Under the pieces are notes generated by a model. That model was not told the DNA's origin. It saw only the letters and a list, made by a program, of their open reading frames with translations, and did no database searches. Source: Octopus bimaculoides (lineage: Eukaryota). Taken from it: a DNA stretch of 34,098 nt. The stretch is from assembly GCF_001194135.2 (NCBI RefSeq), contig NC_068989.1, forward strand, positions 40,872,254 through 40,906,351. Direction: 5' to 3'. Each line of letters begins with the position of its first letter. Position 1 is the first letter of the stretch. Positions 1 through 10,935 of this stretch are shown one piece after another. A program made the translations under genes and the position numbers.

Positions 1-34
<34 letters not shown>

Positions 35-683
35 TTGATTTCGTCAACATATATATTTCGTAGAAATCACGCATGATTGATTATGGATCTCTTTAATGCA
101 TTATATAGAACAGATGAGATCCAGAGATTTTCAATATAGAAGACACCTTGTAGTGATCAAATGATTCAAACTTACACTCCGATGTCTTTACTGAGGATCA
201 ATTCCACGGAGTAAAGAACGGCTATAAGTTGAGCTGATATGGAGGCAATTATGCAGATAGACAAATCATATGTATTAAATATAACAGTTTGGATATGAAA
301 TTCAACATATGTATATATGTATACTGGCAAAACAAGACAAAGGAGAAAGTGGAGACTTTCAGATGATGAATATTTAAATATGAATATATGGATTATATGT
401 AGATATTAACAGATCCAACTTACGCAGAATACAATTTTAATTTTCTCTGACGTTTGTACTCTGTGTAACTTGAATCATTCGATATAAATATCTATATATT
501 TATACTTAAATATTCATCATTTGAAAGTGTCCACTTTTTGATTTCTCTCGTTTTGCATATGCATATATATATACATATATTGAATTTCATATTCAAGNNN
601 NNNNNNNNNNNNNNNNNNNNNNNNNNNNNNNNNNNNNNNNNNNNNNNNNNNNNNNNNNNNNNNNNNNNNNNNNNNNNNNNNNN

Positions 684-1377
684 GTGTGTGTGTGTGTGTG
701 TGTGTGTGGATTTCCACCTAACTGATTCGATTGAAATTTCAGATATATATTTGGTATGTTTCGAGGTATGTTTTAGTCATAAGAACTGCTTCCATCAATG
801 TTCAGTTTTCGCAAAACCTCGATCGATAATTATCGGTTTTTTCAAAAAAAGTTGTCCATTTTGATCAAACTTGACATATCTATGCATTCTTACCCAAGGT
901 TTTTCGCTTCTTATTATTTTTTTCGAACTCCGTTTCGTTTGAGTACAGCACGGGAAAAAATTACTCAAGAAATGCCTTTAAGGCAGGCCATAGCGCGGGA
1001 ACCACTGAGCCGTTTTTAACCAACCTCGGTAAACGAATGCATTTTCACCCAACGAGTCTTATGTCATGGTGCATTTCATTAAAGTGCGCTTTGCTTGAGC
1101 ACAATTCGAAAAACTCACATTCGAACAAAATACCTTTGCTGAGGTAGCTCCTGATTTTTTTTCTCAGAACACTGACCCCATTCTTTCTCCGATGCATAAA
1201 CAGTCTCCACCATGGTGTGCACACGCATAGTGACCCCACGTGACCTCAAAATAGCCACTGCCAATAACAGTAAACATCCGGCATTGAGTATTTCCATTGC
1301 AATAAATGAAAGCGATTTCTATGGGTAGCATGAGATAGTTAAAGCAATAACATACTCTGCACTGCACAAGCTACTAG
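684..1377 (+). mobile_element. Non-autonomous Helitron-like element (5' end probably lost in the N gap)
   Basis: 708-800 (ctaactgattcgattgaaatttcagatatatatttggtatgtttcgaggtatgttttagtcataagaactgc) is a diverged copy of 1640-1750 in the neighbouring Helitron. It follows a (TG)n tract and ends in a degenerate ...gcactgcacaagctaCTAG|T at 1374-1378. Confidence 0.45.
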
Positions 1378-1408
1378 TAAGTACTTACAACTTCCTTCAT
1401 CCATTTCA

Positions 1409-2662
1409 CTAGCAGTAGTAACCGGCGTTGCACGGGTCTTATTAAATTACCATGAAACTGCGGAAACATGAGGCCTTACACTTGAGAAAAGATGGGTTGG
1501 GGCGTGACATTGTTAAAGCAATAACCTTGGTAACCTCTTGAATCAAATCAGTACCCAAGCTGCCTTTCAAAATGTTATACTTTTGCGCTGTTTATGGTTT
1601 CCGTGTACAAGTGCTTTCGGGTGAAGCCGGGTCAAACCGCTAAACCACCAGACCGATTTGATTGAAATTTCAGATATGCATTAGGTATGTTCCGAGGCAT
1701 GTTTTAGTCATAACAACTGCTTCGATCAATGTTTGGTTTTCGCAAAAACTCGGTTGTAAAAAAAATGATGAGGCATGTTGTCGAGGCAACCATCCTATCC
1801 GGATGCGGAAAAAGGTGAGGATGTATTCATTCCCAGGATGCCCCTTACTCCCTCGTTAACAGACATACCTTTCGCCTTTGGCCGGACTTCTCTTAGAAGG
1901 GTCTTGCTTTTACCACGGCCAGCTGTACGTTGCATACTCCAGAGTCGGCAGTAGAAACAAACTGTTCGCATTAAAACGTCGGGGGTAGACAAGATACTTT
2001 TACTATTTTTTCCCATATCAGACCGAAGCATCAGAAAAGGGCGCCTGCCTCTTGACACTCTGTGGGTTTATGGAAGGCGTTCATGTGGTGCTCCTACGAT
2101 GGCAAAGAGGTGGCGATTCGTTGCAGTTGCACGATAATAATGCGAAGGAACAATGTTATCAAACAGCTGCTACAAACGGACCAGCGGAAAGGCAAGTTAG
2201 GTATCGCATTTTTGAGGACATTTCTGCTGCCTTCTATACGGTCGATTACCTCAAGTATGTTTATTTATAACATTAAAGCGACCAATTCAACGGAAAGAAT
2301 ACCAATTTACAAAACGCATAACGGCTACGTGTTGCATGAACCTCTTGAGGGCGACATTCCAACTGTTGACCATTAACCTCCTTCAACTGGGAGCAATCTA
2401 TTGCTCAAACGATTCCCTCTTAGGAAACGCTGAATTTGTTCAACTCGTTCTCTTCCTATACGTTTATCTGTGTGCTTCATTCGCAAGTGTATGGTTCTAA
2501 TCTGCGGTGAGCTGATGAATAAGGTATTCAAATCAGAAGAGCATTGTGCGAACGCGTCAGCCGAAGTAGGGCTCAAAAAATGTTCTCAAGTGTAAAGCCT
2601 AATCGTTCCGCAGTTTCATGGTAATTTATTAAGACTCGTGCAACGCCGGGTACTACTGCTAG
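1409..2662 (+). mobile_element. Helitron derivative with Pif1-helicase remnant and 81-bp inverted termini
   Basis: The 3' end has the hairpin ctcgtgcaacgccggg (2635-2650) then CTAG (2659-2662) followed by T, the canonical Helitron terminus. 1408-1488 is the reverse complement of 2583-2663 with a few mismatches. A helicase remnant lies inside. Confidence 0.8.
1753..2010 (+). pseudogene. Helitron RepHel C-terminal Pif1-type helicase fragment, frameshifted and internally deleted
   Basis: Manual translation across frameshifts: VVKKMMRHVVEATILSGCGK / GEDVFIPRMPLTPSLTDIPFAF / AGLLLEGSCFYHGQLYVAYSRVGSRNKLF. This matches Helitron helicase motif VI (HGQLYVAxSRV). The FAMTINKSQG segment is missing between 1879 and 1881. 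Confidence 0.85.
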
Positions 2663-2710
2663 TATTTAATATATCTAATTTGTTTATCTGCATAATTATT
2701 TCCATATCCC

Positions 2711-2910
<200 letters not shown>

Positions 2911-3625
2911 ATACACACTCACCCATATTCACGTATTCATATATAGTTTTATGGTTGGAGTACTATTTTCTAGGAGGTTTTGCAATATTCTTTTTAAACT
3001 TGTTGCTTTTTAAACATATATACATACACTCACACGCACACATTCTCCAGTACATACACACACACATACACAAATACACACACACACACACACGTATTAT
3101 ATCGCGTGTAAATTTAGAAGTACGACTTGTTACCTGTACGTTTCGATCGCTAGTAGAGTATTAAATCCAACCGTAAAGATACCAAGTAATACAAAATTTG
3201 ATTTTCAGATAAAAAATGCAACCATTTGTGTTTAACTGTTAAAATAGTAATACATGTTTTCATGAAGCAGGTTTTGCATAATAACGAGCGAATCATAATT
3301 TCCTGAAACGTAAAAGGTTTTAGTGACTAAATTTCAGTGCATGTTTTAACCAAAGAAGTCACACATGAAAACTAAAATTATATTTTACTGACAGATTTAC
3401 GCTGTCATCAGCTCTTCGACGTTTAAAGTATTTTCTTTAATATAATATAATATAATATAATATATATAGATACAGAAGAAATATATACACACGCTAATAC
3501 ACGACCCATGTTATATTCCCCACTCATGTTGCAACCACGTCAGGGGCAAAACTAGTCGGTATACAGCACTTACTCTGTATTACCTGTATCTTTAGGGTTT
3601 GGTTGACTCCAATATCCTTCATAAC

Positions 3626-3663
<38 letters not shown>

Positions 3664-3947
3664 GCATATACATATTCACATTCATATCCACATATAGTTT
3701 TGTTTGAGTGCCTACTCCATCTCCTCCTTTTACCACCACTCTTGTATACATATCAACCTCCACATCATCCTTATCCAAGCCGTAACCCCACTTTGCACCA
3801 ATTACTCTACACAATGTAAAGACGCTCCGGGTTTCTTTGTGAAAGGGGCACAACTCTTGATGAATTCCTCTCTGGACTTCGCTCACGGATTTTTTTTCCC
3901 ACTAGTTTTGTTTGTTTGGTTTTATTGTGCTGTTTGTTTTTTCACAG

Positions 3948-4016
3948 CACCCACAACACTTGCTGACCTCCAGGCCACACTTTTCGAACCAGCTTTTCTG
4001 ATAAGTGCAAATGTAG
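3948..4016 (+). CDS. Candidate internal coding exon (phase 1-1), xPTTLADLQATLFEPAFLISANV
   Basis: Strong pyrimidine tract and acceptor (tgtttgttttttcacAG, AG at 3946-3947). Donor AG|GTGATT at 4017, with an alternative donor AAT|GTAGGT at 4013. Open frame; no homology recognised. Confidence 0.3.
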
Positions 4017-4096
4017 GTGATTACCTAACTCGTGATCTAAACCGACTGGTAAAATTCGACTGGAATGGATCTATAATGTTGCATAATATAAATATT

Positions 4097-4290
4097 GATT
4101 TCAAATTTTTGGTACAAGGCCAGCAATTTCTGGGGAGGGGGATAGTCGGTTACATCAACCCCGGTACACTCTGGTACTTATTTTATCGACCCTGAAATGA
4201 GGAAAGTCAAAGTTGACCTTGACGGAATTGAAATCAGAACGTAAAGACGGACGAAATGCCGCTTAGCATTCTGCCAGCTCCCCTCCTCGC
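4097..4290 (-). mobile_element. tRNA-derived SINE (family A, octopus-type)
   Basis: Reverse complement carries the shared core (...gtcaactttgactttcctc...gtcgataaaataagtaccag...) and the tail aaattgctggccttgtaccaaaaatttgaaa also seen at 8551-8767. Confidence 0.85.
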
Positions 4291-4378
4291 TGTATCATGC
4301 AAATAGTAATATATCCACTCTAATAATGACAAATGTACGATGATCTGCTTTTTCTGATGTATATGGATCCTTAGACTA

Positions 4379-4521
4379 CATGTATGTGTGTGTATGTACA
4401 TGTGTATGTGTGTGTATGTACATGTGTATGTGTGTGTATGTGCAAGTGTATGTGTGTGTATGTGCAAGTGCATGTGTGTGTATGTGCAAGTGTATGTGTG
4501 TGTATGTGCAAGTGCATGTGT

Positions 4522-4566
<45 letters not shown>
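4379..4566. repeat. TG-rich minisatellite/microsatellite (tgtgtgtatgtgcaagtg units grading into (TG)n)
   Basis: Directly visible. Confidence 0.9.
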
Positions 4567-4568
<2 letters not shown>

Positions 4569-5258
4569 CAGAGAAGAGAGAGGGATAAAAACATACGCTC
4601 AAAGTGCTTTCTACTTGAAGAATATGCAGTTAAGAATATACAGTTAAATGAGGGTTACTATCCTTAATGTGACACGTCAGAAGTAATTTCCAATTGATTA
4701 TGACTGTAATGAGATATATGCATACCATGTATATAGAACAGATGTCATCTTACTATATCTATGTCGAACGAAGTCTTATTTACTGCAGTATTTATTACAA
4801 AATAGGTTTAAACTATCATTTGAAGCTTAACTCCAAACGCCTAAACAAAGTTTTTTTTCTCCAGTTTTATTGTCTTTTTGTTTGGAAAATCGATTTGTGC
4901 TGATTGAATTATCGAATAGAAATACAATTAGCGCTTTTCTAGATCTCAATCTTCCGTTTAAGTTCTCTACTCAAATAAGTATTTTCACCATTGGCTCTCT
5001 ATTACTGAAAATAAAATTGGGTGCCTAATCGATTTAAAATACCCACAAGGAAATGAATTTCATAAAAATGATAAGATTTAAAATCTAAAATTTTTGTAGG
5101 ATTATTGTAAACCCTTAACGGAGGCAGTCAACAACATATAGGATGGAGATGAAGCTGTAGTTACGTCAATTCAGTGATCCTGTTTCGATTAACATTGATA
5201 GTTGTACTTACAACTCCATTATTTTATTTTTCGTATTTCTTATGTATCGAATTCAAAG

Positions 5259-5341
5259 CATATTCTGGCATCAGAAATACGTTCTTTTTTATATTTGTCA
5301 TCGTTTCCGTGCTGGTCGGAATCAGTCTGGTGTTTATATGA
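5259..5341 (+). CDS. Candidate terminal exon encoding a C-terminal hydrophobic tail (GPI signal or TM anchor): AYSGIRNTFFFIFVIVSVLVGISLVFI*
   Basis: T-rich tract and aaAG acceptor (5257-5258). Phase 1 matches the 4016 donor. 19 consecutive apolar or small residues precede TGA at 5339-5341. Confidence 0.3.
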
Positions 5342-5789
5342 ATCATATTCTAATGCTTTCTCCATTAGAGATATCAAACAGTCAGGTGCTATTAATATTC
5401 CTAATACATTAATTATGTGAGCACAGCATGACAGAATGGTTAAAAAAGTTCGCATTGCGGTCATGGGGTTTCAGAGTGAAATTGAGTGAAAAAATGTATA
5501 GAGGCCCATCAGGTGGATTGTACCCATAGTTCAAATGGTACTGTTATGGCTACATGTGCCTGTGGAATACTCAGCCACCTACACGTCCCACATCGACGAG
5601 CGACGAGGGTTTACCACTGCATTAATTATGCAAGTATGTATGCACTCATTCGTAGCTGTCCTTCTACATTCTCATTTCTTTATTGATTCGTTTTATTATT
5701 TAATTGAATATTTTTCGGGGGAGTCGCAATGAATGACACAGAAAACAACATATACTGTATTACCTTCTACTCTTGAATAATCATCTCTT

Positions 5790-5988
5790 ATTTTGTTACA
5801 AGGCCAACAATTTTGAGGAATGGGAAGTCGATGATATCGACCCCTGTGCCCAGCTGGCTCTTATTTTATCGATTCCGAGATGAAGGGTAGAGTCGAACTC
5901 GGCGGAATTTGAACACAGGAGGTAAAGACAAGCGAAATCCAGCTAAGCATGTTGCCCGGCGTGCTAGCAGTTCTGCCTGCTTGCCGCC
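5790..5988 (-). mobile_element. tRNA-derived SINE (family A), near full length
   Basis: Head ggcggcaagcaggcagaactgctagcacgccgggcaacatgcttagc, B-box-like gtgttcaaattcc, core and tail on the minus strand. Confidence 0.85.
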
Positions 5989-6040
5989 TTCTTCCGCCCT
6001 TGAATAATAAGTATTGTTATTTTATTATTATTTCAAAAAT

Positions 6041-6173
6041 GAGGACGACTTTGCCTTTCATCCTTTCGGAGTCGATAACTTAAGTACCAGTGAAACACTG
6101 GGGTCGATGTAATCTACTGGTCTCCTCATCCAAAATTTCAGGCGTTGTACCTTTAGTAGAAAGGATTATTATT
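6041..6173 (+). mobile_element. SINE family A, 5'-truncated, alternative tail
   Basis: gactttgcctttcatcctttcggagtcgataacttaagtaccag...ggggtcgatgtaatc followed by aaaatttcaggcgttgtacctttagtagaaaggattattatt. Confidence 0.85.
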
Positions 6174-6199
6174 TCAAAAGTCTTATTTTCACTGTGCGT

Positions 6200-6560
6200 T
6201 TTCCATTCATTGTTCAATACATTTTGTAAGCCGTGGATAGAGTATTTTGTTTTGCATGCACGTTATCTATTTTAACGAAAGTATTCTACTTCATATGTGT
6301 TTAGTGCTTAACCATATCATTTTCTCTATGCTTTTCACATGAAGCTTTGGTGCGTGTTTTTTAACTGTTCACAAGACAGTCGTTTCTCTGTTCAGTACCC
6401 ATGATTTAGTTATCCCTATTTAGAAATATTGATACCTTGATAATTTCTCCATTTCATTCACAGATATTTTATCATCAGTCAGGATTGACATTTTCTGGTA
6501 TTATCTCTCTCAGTGTCCATTGATGAAAGAAAATAATGTTTCAGTATTCTTATTTTATTG
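6200..6560 (-). mobile_element. Possible highly degraded LINE ORF2 C-terminal remnant (RTE-like)
   Basis: Minus-strand translation ...ITKSWVLNRETTVL*TVKKHAPKLHVKSIEKMIW loosely resembles the RTE C-terminal pattern (TNEEVL...LLNTVKKR...GHV.R...E). Weak. Confidence 0.25.
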
Positions 6561-7521
6561 TGTTTCTTCACTGCTGTTCTGTAGACACTGCATGCTTGCA
6601 GGGTTTGCTTTTGGTTTTTCATGTAGATAAGTCTCAACAAAGAGCAATATTTTTTAATGTTAATGACATATTTTGTTTAATTTCTTCGTCACAAAAACGG
6701 CAACACCTATGATATTTCAAGGTCTCCTAGACTCGTTGAAAAAGAAAAGAACGCATTATTCTCTGCCTAAAGACCCCACTCGTTGCTCGCAACTGTACTG
6801 ATTCTGTTAAACACATCCAAATGACAGATGATGGTGTTAAAATGGACGGCAGATTAATTCTCTCAGAAGAACTAATTAGAAGCGCTCCTTCAGTTTCAAT
6901 CGAGGAAATTTCATTTATCAGGCTTTGACCAACTGATCTTCTAGTAGAAGACAGCGGGATAGAACCTGAAATCACATTGTTTTAAAACGAATTTCTCAAC
7001 AATATTTCTATGACTGACCCCGCAAATGGCGGTTACAACTCATTTTTCTCATTTTTTCTTTTAAACAGAGGGGATGTAAATGGGAATGTTATATCTGCAC
7101 AATGTCTATTAAGATAATGAAGAAGTGTTAATTAAGATTAGCTTGTTCAATCGCCTGCTAAAACTAACTGGCTTGTAATTACTAAAAGATAAGACAGTCG
7201 TGCTGCGCGCTAATCAATCTAAAATACTTTAATGAAAAAAAAATTCCTGATTAACGAATATCTCGTATACATTCTAATTGTTACAATAGTATAATCCTTC
7301 ATATATTTCTATATCTCATCTGGGAATTATTAGAGATAGTTTGCATTGATGAATCTCTAATTTCTCAGTTATTCAGTGATGAGTGGTGTCAATTATTGTG
7401 GACAGTGTGCTATAACTAATACCGAAGAAATAATTCAGTGTACTTAATTGAAGCAACTGCAAATTAAAATATCTATTCATGTATAATAATCATTGTATGT
7501 ACACTGTTGAAAGGCAAGTTA

Positions 7522-7733
7522 CGAGGTGGAGCTGAAAAGTTCCTAGCTTTGGATTAAAGAAAATACAAGAGGATCAGTTATGTTTTTATTCAACATATTC
7601 CCCTCTCAGATTCACTCACTTATTGCAGCAGTCCTTCAGTTTTTTAAGCCCTATAAAAGAACTCGGAAGTTTGACCCTTCAACCAGGCCTTTCGCAATAA
7701 CCTTAAAGCCAGAAACTTTTCAGCAACCCCTCG
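7522..7733. mobile_element. Mariner-type MITE (212 bp)
   Basis: TA target duplication at 7520-7521 and 7734-7735. About 30-bp TIRs: cgaggtggagctgaaaagttcctagcttt versus the reverse complement of aaagccagaaacttttcagcaacccctcg. Confidence 0.85.
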
Positions 7734-8550
7734 TACACTGGACTTTATCTGAGATAAAATCTCTTATAGACGTACAGTAGATAAAAAAGTAATTTATATG
7801 GGAGGAAGATGAAAAATTTCCCCAGCAGCGTTTAGTGAGAACATTAGATGCATTTCGGCTTTGTTGGGCCTTTTAAATGGTGTTTGCCTGCGGCTAACTA
7901 CCTGCTTAGATGAGATTTGTTACTCTCGATATAAGAAAGAGTGAATATATTTACTACCATCGCGAATAGCCGCCAGGTTAGATAAATAATTCGGTGGATG
8001 CAATTGAAGCCGCATTGAAATAAACAATAGATAGTCACTTTACAATCAAATATGTATTCCATTATGTATGACAGATAGATGGTAATCTTTATTGAAGAAC
8101 TAATCTCAAAAGGGATAAGCAAGATAAAGGAAGGATTTTGCAATATTTTGTTGAAATTTTAAAACAAGTAATAAAACTATCTACTGAGTTGCTAATGAAC
8201 TTAAGAAGCAGTAATAAAAGATATTTACACTGACCTCTCCCGAAAAAATACTGGGAAAAACAACCTAAAATGATATCAAATTCAAAATGTGAAAACAGAC
8301 TAATTCACTGAAGACTATGAATGAGAAATGGGAGCATAAGGCTCCGATCGCAAAAGAAATAAACTACATTGAAACATGTCTGAAATATATCATGCATCTA
8401 ATTCCGAGAAGTTTATAACACCTCATTATAAAGATTACTTCCATGTAATCATGAATCAGTAAATCCCGTCATACAAAAAGCCACAACTTGCCAATAAATA
8501 TAGTATTTACAAAACCAATCTAAATCAGAAGATATCATAGTTATTGCTCA

Positions 8551-8767
8551 GGCAGCGAGCTGGCGGAATCGTTAGCGCACCGGTCAAAATACTTAATGGC
8601 ATTTTGTCCATCTTTACATTCTGAGTTCAAATTCCACCGAGGTTGACTTTGCATTTTATACTTTTGGAGTCGATAAAATAAGTTCCAGTCAAGTAACTGG
8701 TGTCGATATAATCGACTTAATCCATTCCTGAAATTGCTGGCCTTGTGCCAATATTTGAAACTATTAT
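8551..8767 (+). mobile_element. SINE family A, copy 1 of tandem run
   Basis: A-box region ggcagcgagctggcggaatcgttagc, B box gagttcaaattcc, core, tail aaattgctggccttgtgccaatatttgaaac. Confidence 0.9.
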
Positions 8768-8783
8768 CATGATTATAATGAAA

Positions 8784-9004
8784 GTGGCGAACGGGCAGAA
8801 TTGTTAGCGCACCGCAGGAAATGCTGTTAGGCATTTCGTCAGTCTTTATCTTCCGAGCTCAAATGCCGCTCAGGTTGACTTTGCCTTTCATCCCTTCGGA
8901 ATCGATAAAATATGTACCAGTTGAGCAATGGAGTCGATGCAATCGACTTACTCCTACCCTCAAAAACTGCCAGCCCTGTGCCGCCAAAGTTTAAAGCCAT
9001 TATC
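8784..9004 (+). mobile_element. SINE family A, copy 2 of tandem run
   Basis: gtggcgaacgggcagaattgttagc...gagctcaaatgcc...gactttgcctttcatcc...tail. Confidence 0.85.
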
Positions 9005-9023
9005 ATCGTTTTTGCCACGAAAA

Positions 9024-9236
9024 GCCAGCGAGCTAACGGAATCTTTAAATCGTTGGAATAAATGCTTTGCGATATTTCTTCCGACTCTTTACATTCTGAT
9101 TCCACAACCCATCGACTCAACATTGGCTTTCATCCCTCTGAGGTTGATAAAAATAAAACACCAATCAAGAACTGTGATCGATACAACTGATTAACTCCAC
9201 CTCCCAATAATTACTAGCCTTATGCTGAAAGTTTGA
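9024..9236 (+). mobile_element. SINE family A, copy 3 of tandem run (more diverged)
   Basis: gccagcgagctaacggaatc...ttggctttcatccctctgaggttgataaaaataa...attactagccttatgctgaaagtttga. Confidence 0.7.
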
Positions 9237-9300
9237 GGGGAGGAGTTAAGCGATTGAAACAATTACTTTTATTGCCTAAATCGGAAATCATTATTTTCAA

Positions 9301-9484
9301 GGTGAGAAACTGGCAGAATCATTAGAGCGTCAGAATAAGTTCCTTGCAGTATTTCCATCGACTTTTAACAGCATCAGTTCAAATTTAGTCATGGTTAACT
9401 TAGTGTTTCACCCCACCGAGATCGATAAAGTAATGCTACCAGTCTAGTATTAAAGTCGATCGTATCGACTAAACGCCTCCAGAA
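9301..9484 (+). mobile_element. SINE family A, copy 4 of tandem run (most diverged)
   Basis: ggtgagaaactggcagaatcattagagcg...cagttcaaattt...gatcgataaagtaatgctaccag...gtcgatcgtatcgactaa. Confidence 0.6.
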
Positions 9485-9589
9485 AGAAAATAAAAGATTT
9501 ATCAATGCAACCTTTATTTGATAACACCCAAAAGATGAGATATTTAAATAGCTGTAGGAAATGATCTCTCATGTAGTATTGTATTGAAC

Positions 9590-9860
9590 AGATTGTATAA
9601 GAGATATTCGTATTGCCAAGTGTGAGAGAAAATTCACGAAATTATTTTTGCCGTCAGGCATGAAGTAGTAGCTAAAGTTACTTGGAATAAAGTAAATAAA
9701 GTGACTGATCTGAGAATGATAGATCAGGATAGTATTAGTGTAGCTAAAAATAAAGTATGAAGTAAAACAGCGAATGTATTTCAACACAACTAAAATACAC
9801 TGGTGTGGAACCCATCTGCCGTTAGATGTGAATATGGTATTACATATACTGGTAAAAGAA
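9590..9860 (+). mobile_element. Degraded R4/Dong-like LINE fragment (region after the zinc finger)
   Basis: Translation RHEVVAKVTWNKV mirrors RHEVVARTPCNEI of the R4-like copy at 30716-30760. A downstream WN.P...RC.Y-like remnant is also present. Confidence 0.35.
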
Positions 9861-10384
9861 AGCATTTATTCACTACTAATGAGGTGTTTGTAAATAGAAT
9901 CGTATTCATGCTCTTTGCGTTTCGCATAAGTAAAATCTGTTGATTTCGTTAAGTAATGTAACCCTAAAAGCGATAGAGAAACTAAATTTTATTTTCGTTT
10001 TCCCTAAATTTCCTATTTAGATTTGAGAAAGATAAATATTGTCGATAGTTATTTGCTATTTCAAAATGTATAGGTTTTTTTGTTTATTCAATGTAAATGC
10101 TAAGTTTTAGAATATTTTTTTTTTTTTTTACTTCCAACTAAGAAAAAGTAATTACAGGAGAATTTTACTACTGCAGCGATTTTTGTAGGTAACGAAATAG
10201 GTGACGACATTTATGCAATTTTAAAGTAGCTAAAAGTTACTAACCTTACAGTTATGCTACGAAGGTAACTATCTTATGAGGGAGGATATGAAACAAATAT
10301 ACAGAAGATCAACAAAAATGACAACACTAGAGAGAAAAGTAAGGTGAAAGCTCATGGAAAAATATTCAATAATATTCATTAATA

Positions 10385-10556
10385 GGCATAGTAGTGGCTG
10401 TGTGGTAAGTAGTTTGCTTACGAACCACATGGTTCCGGGTTCAGTTCCACTGCGTGGCACCTTGGGCAACTGTCTTCTACTTTAGCCTCGGGCAGACCAA
10501 AGCCTTGTGAGTGGATTTGGTAGACGGAAACTGAAAGAAGCTCGTCGTATTTATGC

Positions 10557-10614
<58 letters not shown>
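10385..10614 (+). mobile_element. tRNA-derived CORE-like SINE (family B) with trailing (TA)n(TG)n
   Basis: A box gtggctgtgtggtaag, B box gggttcagttcc, CORE-like gcaccttgggcaactgtcttctactttagcctcgggc. Confidence 0.85.
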
Positions 10615-10616
<2 letters not shown>

Positions 10617-10744
10617 TAGAAACTCGCATTCGGTTTTAATAATGATGATTCGGTTGCATACATCTTATGTTTTTGAGTGATTGCCTTATCCTCGTTGGAA
10701 ATAGCTGATAGCTAAAGCATACGTCAACCCAAACCAACGATAGA

Positions 10745-10935
10745 GATTAAGTGGTTGCTCGGCCAGATAGAAATGGCAGCCGAATTTCATTCAAAGTGTA
10801 GGTCATCATCTTAAAAAACAGTTGGGATATATTGATTAATCTTAGCTATATCAAAGTTGTTAATACATTGTCTGTAAATGATATGGAATATTCGATGCTG
10901 AAACAGTTTGATCACACTGGGCTATAAAGCAACAG
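10745..10935 (+). mobile_element. Probable 3' fragment of another interspersed repeat/SINE
   Basis: aagtggttgctcggccagatagaaatggcagccgaatttc...tttgatcacactgggctataaagcaacag resembles from memory a common cephalopod repeat tail; not verified. Confidence 0.35.

Noticed and set aside
1795-2058. GRGKS Walker-A-like string in a minus-strand ORF
   Set aside because: Incomplete motif and antisense to the clearly identifiable Helitron helicase remnant.
3704-4195. 163-aa ORF as a single gene
   Set aside because: It starts at TTG, crosses a pyrimidine tract and ends inside a SINE; only 3948-4016 has exon-like signals.
6727-6990. Protein-like frames on both strands
   Set aside because: Short, interrupted by stops, no recognisable motif or consistent splice phase.
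7830-7900. Possible mariner transposase N-terminal fragment on the minus strand
   Set aside because: Too degenerate to support; no TIR or catalytic motif found.
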